Shown in pieces: positions 56,910 to 64,000 of a stretch of DNA of 64,000 bases. The stretch is from contig DEEY01000002.1 in assembly GCA_002350545.1 (NCBI GenBank), positions 38,166 through 102,165 of the forward strand. The letters are read 5' to 3'. Within the stretch, counting starts at the first letter, position 1, and every line of letters starts with the position of its first letter. Under the pieces are notes generated by a model that saw nothing but the letters and a program-made list of their open reading frames with translations, had not been told where the DNA came from and did not search any database. A program made the position numbers and the translations under genes. The stretch comes from Candidatus Saccharibacteria bacterium UBA2866 (GTDB lineage Bacteria; Patescibacteriota; Saccharimonadia; Saccharimonadales; Saccharimonadaceae).

Positions 56910-58412
56910 ATGACGAAACAAACCCAATCTAGTTCAGAGCGCATCGAGCATGCCGTTGAGGTAGCTAAAAGTGCCCATAAAGATCAAACTCGTAGAACCG
57001 GAGAGCCTTATATCATTCACCCTTTGGCTGTCAAAAAGATTCTTGAAGATTGGGGAATGGACGAAGATACTATTATCGCTGGTATTTTACATGATACCGT
57101 TGAAGACACCAGTCTTACCCTAGATGACATTAAAAAAGAGTTTGGTGAATCAGTCGCCTTTTTGGTTGATGGCGTAACCAAGCTTTCTACCGCTCGTACT
57201 GGCATGCGCGATATCGACACCTATCTTCCAGCCACCAAAGATAATTTTCTAAGGCTCATGATTGCCTTAGGCGATGATATTCGTGTCCTCATTATCAAGC
57301 TCGCCGATCGTCTCCATAATCTTCGCACTCTTTCTGCTCTTCCTCCCGAAAAACAAAAGAAAATCGCTAAAGAAACTCTCGAAGTCTTCGCTCCACTCGC
57401 TGACCGGCTCAATATGGGGCTTCTCCGCGTCGAAATGGCCGACCTCGCCTTTAAATATGTCGACCCCAAACGTTTTGATGAGCTTAAAAATCTAATCGAA
57501 AAACACAATAAAGAAGCCGAAAAATCCCTCAATAAAATCAAGGCCGAAATTTCCGAAGCTCTAAAAAAAGAGAAAATCAAGTTTTCGATCTCTGGTCGCG
57601 TGAAGTCAGTTTACTCGCTTCACAAAAAATTGGCTAAACATAACCAAAATATCAACGAAATCTATGACCTAACCGCTTTGAGGATTATCGTAAACGACAT
57701 TACAGATTGCTATCTGACTCTCGGTATTATCCATTCGCTCTATATGCCAATGAATGGGCGTATTAAGGACTATATTGCTATGCCAAAACAAAACGGTTAC
57801 CAGTCGTTACATACTACCGTGATTACTAAAGACAAACGTGTCGTTGAAATTCAAATTAGAACCAAAGAAATGCACGAATACGCTGAGCATGGGTTAGCTG
57901 CAAGTTTCTATTATAACGAACAAAAACTTACTGAGAATTACAAAAAAGGGAAGATCGAACATCTTCCAACTAATCTCCTTTGGATTACTGAGCTTCAGAT
58001 GACTGCCGCTAAGTTGCGTGAGGGCAAAAAAGTTGATCTTAGAAAACTAAAGCTCAATCTCTTCGCCGACAAAATCTTTGTTTACACCCCCAAAGGTGAC
58101 ATTATCGACCTACCGGCCGGTGCTATGCCGCTAGATTTTGCTTATCGCCTTCACTCTGAAATCGGTGATCACGTAGTTGGTGTAAAGATTAATGGTAAGA
58201 TGAGTAATTTGAACAAAAAATTAGAACAGGGGGACATCGTAGAAATACTTACCTCTAAAAACCAGACTCCTAAATCCGCCTGGCTTGATAAAATATTCAC
58301 CCCACATGCACGCGCCAAACTGATGCGTGCTCTAAACCTCTCTGCCCGCACTGCCGCTGGCGAAACTATTGAACGACCCAAAAAACGTCGTAAACCTCGC
58401 AAAAACTCATAA
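56910..58412 (+). CDS. rel: Bifunctional (p)ppGpp synthetase/hydrolase ending after TGS
   Basis: HDTVED, KLADRLHN, YQSLHT, EIQIRT, FVYTPKG. Confidence 0.93.
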   Translation: MTKQTQSSSERIEHAVEVAKSAHKDQTRRTGEPYIIHPLAVKKILEDWGMDEDTIIAGILHDTVEDTSLTLDDIKKEFGESVAFLVDGVTKLSTARTGMRDIDTYLPATKDNFLRLMIALGDDIRVLIIKLADRLHNLRTLSALPPEKQKKIAKETLEVFAPLADRLNMGLLRVEMADLAFKYVDPKRFDELKNLIEKHNKEAEKSLNKIKAEISEALKKEKIKFSISGRVKSVYSLHKKLAKHNQNINEIYDLTALRIIVNDITDCYLTLGIIHSLYMPMNGRIKDYIAMPKQNGYQSLHTTVITKDKRVVEIQIRTKEMHEYAEHGLAASFYYNEQKLTENYKKGKIEHLPTNLLWITELQMTAAKLREGKKVDLRKLKLNLFADKIFVYTPKGDIIDLPAGAMPLDFAYRLHSEIGDHVVGVKINGKMSNLNKKLEQGDIVEILTSKNQTPKSAWLDKIFTPHARAKLMRALNLSARTAAGETIERPKKRRKPRKNS

Positions 58413-58427
58413 ACTAAGCATAAAAAA

Positions 58428-58503
58428 TGGAGCCGTTGACTGGGCTTGAACCAGCGACCTGCTCGTTACGAATGAGCTGCTCTACCAACTGAGCTACAAC
58501 GGC
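58428..58503 (-). tRNA. tRNA-Thr(CGT)
   Basis: GCCGTTG...CAACGGC-T-CCA; anticodon loop TT-CGT-AA. Confidence 0.95.
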
Positions 58504-58597
58504 ACCCAGTGCTTCGAGTTTTAAACTCTTAGCACTTGTTACATTATAACATACATTTGTGTTATAATTAATAATAACTAATAAAGGAGATGTTTCC

Positions 58598-59203
58598 ATG
58601 CCAAACAAAAAAGAGCTAAAGCAGTCCATTAAGGACGTCGGCAGTAGCCTGAAAGGGTCTGCTTGGATGGCGATTCTCGAATCGCTAGCCATCGCAATTT
58701 TAGGTGTTTTCTTGATTGCTTGGCCAGATTCTGCTGTTCAAGTCATCTCTTACGTGGCTGGAGTATTCTTTATTATCAAAGGGGCCTATCAAATTATCCT
58801 TTATTTTATGGTCAAAGGTCAAAATGATTTCCTCAATAATGGGCTCCTGTCTGGCGTAATTTCGCTCCTTGTAGGTATTGCTGTTCTTGTAATGGGCGAA
58901 GAACTTGCTACTGTTTTCCGTATCGTAATCGGCATCTGGATGATTTATGAATCATTAGTCCGCATAAACACCGCCATCAAGCTTCATGCCGCTAAGATAG
59001 AAGCCTGGAAATATATCATTATTCTCGCTATCTGTATGCTTTTAATCGGTGTATTTATTACGTTCAATAGCGGCGCAGTTGTTACGCTTATCGGTTGGAT
59101 GATGATTGTGACTGGCGTAATTGGCATCATTAATGACTTCACATTTATGCAATATGTTAACGAAATAGCAAAGGCATTAAACGATAGTACCAAAGATGAA
59201 TAA
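58598..59203 (+). CDS. HdeD/DUF308-family membrane protein
   Basis: Six TMs in repeated pairs. Confidence 0.7.
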   Translation: MPNKKELKQSIKDVGSSLKGSAWMAILESLAIAILGVFLIAWPDSAVQVISYVAGVFFIIKGAYQIILYFMVKGQNDFLNNGLLSGVISLLVGIAVLVMGEELATVFRIVIGIWMIYESLVRINTAIKLHAAKIEAWKYIIILAICMLLIGVFITFNSGAVVTLIGWMMIVTGVIGIINDFTFMQYVNEIAKALNDSTKDE

Positions 59204-59558
59204 TTTTAAGGAAGATTTTATCAAGATATACCAAACTGAACGGGGGATTATAATTCTGATGTTTTTGAATCTCATCCTGTCGCTTGGGCTTCTAGTCTTT
59301 TCTATTATTACCTTAAATCCAAATGCCTCAGTTGTTAAAGTTGGCTATGGCGACATCGGTGGTTATCGCGATGGAACATGGGCTAGTCTCATCGCCTTTC
59401 CACTACTTGCCTTAAACTTCGGCATTTTACACAATCTACTGACTCTTCGAATTTTCAGAAAACGTGGTGGAGGCATGGCTAAATTCTTTTTAATCACTAC
59501 TTCATTCCTAATTCTTGGCACCCTGCTCGTTTTAATTCGTTTACTCGGAGAAGGATAA
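59196..59558 (+). CDS. Small 3-TM membrane protein
   Basis: Hydrophobic profile; overlaps both neighbours. Confidence 0.65.
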   Translation: MNNFKEDFIKIYQTERGIIILMFLNLILSLGLLVFSIITLNPNASVVKVGYGDIGGYRDGTWASLIAFPLLALNFGILHNLLTLRIFRKRGGGMAKFFLITTSFLILGTLLVLIRLLGEG

Positions 59559-61184
59559 ATGCGCAAAAACCTCGAAATTCCACAGGGCAAGCGTACTCCG
59601 CTGTATCGTTTTTTGGAGATTTTACCTGGTGCTATTTCTTACGGCGCAATTATTCTGTTGTTTGTCTTATCAATCGTTAACCCAGTGCTGGGTGCGATTT
59701 ATTTATTCGCTCTAATTGCTAGCACTCTTGTTAAAGCCATTGGCGTAGCCTACCGCACTATCCAAGGCTATGAGGTCATTAAACGCGCTGGTCGCGTTGA
59801 TTGGCGTAGCCGTATGGAAGACCTTGAGCATCCTCACGAATCCTACGAACGTCTGCGGGACGAAGATAATAAGAGTTATCATTTTGAGGAACACATTGAG
59901 AATCTTAAAATGATGGCTGCAATGGAGAACGAATATCCTAAACCCTCCAAAATCTATCACGCTGTCATTATGACAGCTTACGACGAAGGGGAAGAGGTGC
60001 TTGGCCCTTCTATTGAAGCAGTCAAAAACACATCTTTTCCCAATGACCGTATAATCTTCACTATTGCATACGAAGAACGTGGTGGCGAAGCAATTGAAAA
60101 AACTGTTCAAGCTCTCGCCAAAAAGTACAAAGGGGTTTTTAAACATTTTATGCTGGTCAAACACCCGGCAAATCTCCCAGGCGAAATAGTTGGCAAAGGT
60201 CCTAACCTCACCTACGCAGGCCAAGAATTAGCCACTTACGTTCATAAGAAACATCTACCAATTGAAAATATTATTGTAACTTCCCTAGACAGCGACAATC
60301 ATATGGCACCAAAATATCTAGATTCAGTTGCTTACGAATTTATTACACACCCCAATCGTCAACGTCTCAGCTATCAACCAGTTTCGCTATTCATGAATAA
60401 TATTTGGGATGCTCCTGCTCCTACAAGGGTGATTGCTGTTTCCAACTCCTTCTTTAATGTGATTTCTACTATGCGCCCGCATTTACTGCGTAATTTTGCT
60501 TCTCACTCTCAGCCTCTCCAGGCTTTGGAAGCAATGAATTTCTGGAGTAAACGCACCATCGTAGAAGATGGCCATCAATACTGGCGCAGCTTGTTCTTCT
60601 TCAATGGCGATTACTCTGTGCTCCCTATCCGTATCCCAATCTATCAGGACGCCGTAGTTGACGAGACGCTCTGGAAAACCATCAAAGCTCAGTTTGTCCA
60701 AGTCCGCCGTTGGTATTATGGTGCTTCCGATGTTGCCTATGTTGGTTCGCGCCTATTCGTACCCAAATCTGAACGCACCGTGCCATTCTGGCAACTATTT
60801 CCTAAATTCTGGCGTCTGTTAGATGGTCACGTTACCCTTGCAATTCTAGCCCCTATTGTAGCTTTTGGCGGTTGGGTGCCAATGATCATGAACCTTTCTG
60901 CCCACTCTATGATTACCTATAATGTCCCCAACATCGTTAGTGTGGTAGAAACATTCGCCTCAATCGGACTTATCGTTTCCATTATTGTTTCACTGCGAAT
61001 GCTACCAGAACGCCCTGCCAAATATCGCAAAAGTAAGAATCTTCTGATGGTTTTGCAATGGATTCTAATGCCAGTCACCTCAATTCTATATCAGTCACTT
61101 GCTGCTTTCTATGCTCAAACCCGTCTCATGCTAGGTAAATATATGGAAAAGTTCGACGTCACCAAAAAGGTAGTCAAAAAATAA
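59559..61184 (+). CDS. Polytopic glycosyltransferase family 2
   Basis: AYDE, GKGPNL, LDSD, IVEDG and QVRRW motifs. Confidence 0.85.
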   Translation: MRKNLEIPQGKRTPLYRFLEILPGAISYGAIILLFVLSIVNPVLGAIYLFALIASTLVKAIGVAYRTIQGYEVIKRAGRVDWRSRMEDLEHPHESYERLRDEDNKSYHFEEHIENLKMMAAMENEYPKPSKIYHAVIMTAYDEGEEVLGPSIEAVKNTSFPNDRIIFTIAYEERGGEAIEKTVQALAKKYKGVFKHFMLVKHPANLPGEIVGKGPNLTYAGQELATYVHKKHLPIENIIVTSLDSDNHMAPKYLDSVAYEFITHPNRQRLSYQPVSLFMNNIWDAPAPTRVIAVSNSFFNVISTMRPHLLRNFASHSQPLQALEAMNFWSKRTIVEDGHQYWRSLFFFNGDYSVLPIRIPIYQDAVVDETLWKTIKAQFVQVRRWYYGASDVAYVGSRLFVPKSERTVPFWQLFPKFWRLLDGHVTLAILAPIVAFGGWVPMIMNLSAHSMITYNVPNIVSVVETFASIGLIVSIIVSLRMLPERPAKYRKSKNLLMVLQWILMPVTSILYQSLAAFYAQTRLMLGKYMEKFDVTKKVVKK

Positions 61185-61199
61185 TCTTAATTAGCACTC

Positions 61200-61778
61200 A
61201 TGGTGGGCGAAATAACCGAAAAAAAGCTAAAAAACAAACGTTTCTGCAAAACTGAAGAAGCTATTGTTAAGGCAATTCTCTCAGCCAAAGACAAACTTAA
61301 TTTAGCTCAACTCATTCATCTTGCCCATGCTTCACGCTCCACTGTTTATCGCCACCACGGAAGTATTAACGAAATAGTTCCAAATTATGAAAAGTATCTC
61401 TTACGTAAGTGCAAAACGACCCTAAATCATCTCATAAGAATCAAAAATATCCGTCTTGAATACCTCTACGAACGTCTGATGATTTTTCTATTAAACAATC
61501 AACAAATAATCAGACTCATCCTTAAGTACGGGGACTCAAGTTTCATAGAGAAATTAGTTATTATTCTAAAACCGAAAATTATTAAAACTAGCAAAATATC
61601 CAACGACGAAGCACTCATCCTCTATAATAAAGAAATTGCTGGCTTGATAGAACTTTGGGTTCACGCTGGGTTTGATGAGGCTAACATAATACCGACTGTT
61701 GAAAAAATCATGTATCTTACGAATCATGTTCAAACTCACCTTAACCCGCTTGCTAAGTTTAATCGCCCTAAAACATAA
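61200..61778 (+). CDS. TetR-like HTH protein
   Basis: LAQLIHLAHASRSTVYRHH helix-turn-helix. Confidence 0.65.
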   Translation: MVGEITEKKLKNKRFCKTEEAIVKAILSAKDKLNLAQLIHLAHASRSTVYRHHGSINEIVPNYEKYLLRKCKTTLNHLIRIKNIRLEYLYERLMIFLLNNQQIIRLILKYGDSSFIEKLVIILKPKIIKTSKISNDEALILYNKEIAGLIELWVHAGFDEANIIPTVEKIMYLTNHVQTHLNPLAKFNRPKT

Positions 61779-61846
61779 TGAACCTCAACACTTTAGCGGA
61801 TTTCCTATTTGGAATTTTTACCTCTTTGTGTTATAATTAACTGAGT

Positions 61847-61923
61847 GGGTCGCTAGCTCAGTTGGCTAGAGCGCCTCGTTTACACCGAGGAGGTCAGGAG
61901 TTCGAGCCTCTTGCGACCCACCA
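61847..61923 (+). tRNA. tRNA-Val(TAC)
   Basis: GGGTCGC...GCGACCC-A-CCA; anticodon loop TT-TAC-AC. Confidence 0.96.
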
Positions 61924-61960
61924 GAATAAAAAAATACCCCAAAAGGGTAGTTTTTTATTC
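61924..61960 (+). terminator. Intrinsic terminator after tRNA-Val
   Basis: GAATAAAAAA...ACCC-CAAAA-GGGT...TTTTTTATTC. Confidence 0.7.
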
Positions 61961-61966
61961 TGACGA

Positions 61967-62104
61967 TTGTAATGAGGCAAGAACTCCGTAGGAGTTCGTT
62001 CGCGGTAGGAGCCGAGCAAAAATCTAAAACTCGTTTCAGATTTTTCGAGGCGACGCCCCGCGGGAATGTTTTTCGCATAGCGAAAAACATGACGCCTCTT
62101 GACA
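61967..62104. other. Multi-hairpin structured element
   Basis: Outer pair GAGGC/GCCTC enclosing GAACTCC/GGAGTTC, AAAAATCT/AGATTTTT and ATGTTTTTCGC/GCGAAAAACAT. Confidence 0.65.
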
Positions 62105-62215
62105 TTTTTTCAACTTATGACACAAATGTTGCAAAACTTAAAAATCCAAAAAATAAACCAAATCATCCCGTGTTACAATGTCACCAAGTGGAGAGAAGGG
62201 AATGGTTAAAAATCG

Positions 62216-62875
62216 ATGCTTAAAGTGGTGGTATATGATTCAGGCTATGGTGGCGAATTCTTTGCGGACCGGCTCGAAGAAGAGCTCCCAATTATTGAGA
62301 TTATCAGAGTGATTGACTGGCGGAATGCCGAAAAGATTCAAAGTAATCCTAAAGAAGCCAGAAAAATCGCGCGAGCCGACCTCCGTCCGTACATTGGGCG
62401 TGTAGATTTAATAATCTTAGCTAACCACCTCCTTACACTCACTAGCCTTAAATTTTTCCGCCGCAAGTATAAAAATCAACGTTTCGTGGGGTTAAACCTC
62501 AAAAAACCCATCTCTCCACCCAAGAAAGATACGATTATTCTGACTACAAAACCAGTTACTAAAACTATTAATTATTATAATTTTATTCTACACCTCAAAA
62601 AACGCGTCAAAACTTATGCTCTGGATAGTTGGCCTCTTAAGATTGACGATGGCGAGCTCACAGAACAGGAAATCAGAGAAGCACTCAGTGATCACCTCAA
62701 TAGAGACTCTAAATATCAAGAAATATTCCTTGCCTGCTCGCAATTTTGCGAGCTGACTCCAAAACTTAAAGAGATCTTTGGTCATAACATCAAAATCCAC
62801 GATGGTTTTGATGACACATTTAAAGAAATATGTAAAACTCTCCGTATCCGTGGCAGCTTCAAAAAGATTAAATAA
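62216..62875 (+). CDS. Divergent glutamate-racemase-like protein
   Basis: YDSGYGG N-terminal motif and LACSQF (second Cys); first catalytic Cys replaced (LANH). Confidence 0.6.
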   Translation: MLKVVVYDSGYGGEFFADRLEEELPIIEIIRVIDWRNAEKIQSNPKEARKIARADLRPYIGRVDLIILANHLLTLTSLKFFRRKYKNQRFVGLNLKKPISPPKKDTIILTTKPVTKTINYYNFILHLKKRVKTYALDSWPLKIDDGELTEQEIREALSDHLNRDSKYQEIFLACSQFCELTPKLKEIFGHNIKIHDGFDDTFKEICKTLRIRGSFKKIK

Positions 62876-62924
62876 TTTATTCTTTTCACCTATGATATAA
62901 TAGAGTAAGTAAACGGGAGTTAAA

Positions 62925-64000
62925 ATGAATAATAATCTAGAAAAAATGCGACACACTTTAAGTCACGTGCTCGCTGCTGCAGTTAAACAAATATATCCGC
63001 ACGCTAAATTCGGCATTGGTCCAGCCATCGACACCGGTTTTTATTATGATATCGACTTCGGTGATACTAAGGTGTCAGATACCGACCTAGCTAAAATCGA
63101 AAAGAAAATGCGCGAAATCATCAAGCGTAAACTCCCTATGACTAAACGCGTAGTTTCAAAATCTGAAGCTTTGGATTGGGCTCGTGACAATAAACAAGAT
63201 TACAAAGTTGAACTAATTGAAGAACTCCCCGAAAAAGAAGAAATCTCTTTCTATGATATGGACGATCTGTTTACTGATCTTTGTAAGGGTCCACACGTCA
63301 ATAATTTATCTGAAACTGGCCCATTCAAACTCATTCGGGTGGCTGGCGCCTATTGGCGTGGCGATGAAAAACGCCCGATGCTTACTCGTATTTACGGGGT
63401 AGCTTTTGATACCGAAGCAGAGCTTGAAGACTATTTGAAGCGCCAAGAGGAAGCTAAAAAACGCGACCACCGTAAACTCGGCAAAGAACTAGACTTATTC
63501 TGCTTCTCAGACCTCGTTGGTGCCGGGCTTCCGCTCTTCACTCCTCGTGGCACCGAGTTACGTGAATTAATGGCTAATTACTCCCTTAGCCTTCGCGGTA
63601 GGGAAGGATTCAAAAAGGTTTGGACTCCTCATATCACCAAAACCGACCTCTATAAAACCTCTGGACACTATGCCAAATTTGGTGATGAGTTATTTATGGT
63701 ACATTCTCAGGTCAATGGAGAAGATTTTGCTATGAAGCCGATGAACTGTCCGCATCACGCTCAAATCTTCGCATCTAAGCCACGTACTTACCGCGAGATG
63801 CCTGTTCGTTATATGGAAGCCACTACTGATTATCGTGACGAGAAAACCGGGGAGTTAGGCGGTCTTTCTCGTGTTCGTTCGCTTACCCAAGACGATTCGC
63901 ACGTTTTCTGTCGCAAAGACCAGATCAAAGACGAAGTCAAACGTCTTGTTGGCATCGTCAAGGAACTTTATGAAACTGTTGGCATGCAAAAACTTCGCGC
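62925..64000 (+). CDS. thrS: Threonine--tRNA ligase, truncated at the window end
   Basis: MRHTLSHVLA, GFYYD, DLCKGPH, RDHRKLG, KPMNCPHH; absent from the ORF track because there is no stop. Confidence 0.95.
   Translation, partial: MNNNLEKMRHTLSHVLAAAVKQIYPHAKFGIGPAIDTGFYYDIDFGDTKVSDTDLAKIEKKMREIIKRKLPMTKRVVSKSEALDWARDNKQDYKVELIEELPEKEEISFYDMDDLFTDLCKGPHVNNLSETGPFKLIRVAGAYWRGDEKRPMLTRIYGVAFDTEAELEDYLKRQEEAKKRDHRKLGKELDLFCFSDLVGAGLPLFTPRGTELRELMANYSLSLRGREGFKKVWTPHITKTDLYKTSGHYAKFGDELFMVHSQVNGEDFAMKPMNCPHHAQIFASKPRTYREMPVRYMEATTDYRDEKTGELGGLSRVRSLTQDDSHVFCRKDQIKDEVKRLVGIVKELYETVGMQKLR

Noticed and set aside
2537-62104. Dispersed palindromes as CRISPR repeats
   Set aside because: They are not arrayed, have no regular spacers, and no cas genes are present.
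443-63402. Many short overlapping ORFs in the six-frame track
   Set aside because: They are shadows of well-supported genes, tRNAs or palindromes, with no motifs or start signals. Several track starts were also moved downstream.

Overview
This window is a gene-dense chromosomal segment in genetic code 11. It most likely comes from a Saccharibacteria (TM7, Patescibacteria/CPR) genome; that assignment is inferred from gene content and protein features, not from a database search. It carries housekeeping genes (rpsF-ssb-rpsR-efp, argS, orn, dnaG-rpoD, rpsU, adk-map, ftsA-ftsZ-nrdR, ileS, rplU, parAB, lepB, htrA, prfA-prmC, rel, partial thrS), a complete monoderm-type type IV pilus locus, a Xer-family recombinase, ackA, a polar amino-acid ABC transporter, MscL and MscS, five single tRNA genes, several surface proteins, and a formate channel / SufCB-like / nrdD-nrdG block. 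No rRNA, CRISPR array, transposase, reverse transcriptase or phage structural gene was seen. Main observations: (1) a family of GC-rich palindromic elements with conserved cores but locus-specific inverted arms, found between genes and inserted in frame in argS, ileS and a lipid-kinase-like gene; (2) a probable diversity-generating-retroelement variable region at the 3' end of the first ORF; (3) a class III ribonucleotide reductase that lacks its C-terminal glycyl-radical motif although its activase, NrdR boxes, Fe-S genes and a formate channel are intact; (4) an unannotated 25-aa peptide gene with a convergent antisense sRNA, arranged like a type I toxin-antitoxin locus; (5) pervasive extended -10 promoters 6-8 nt before start codons (leaderless mRNAs), including palindromic bidirectional ones.
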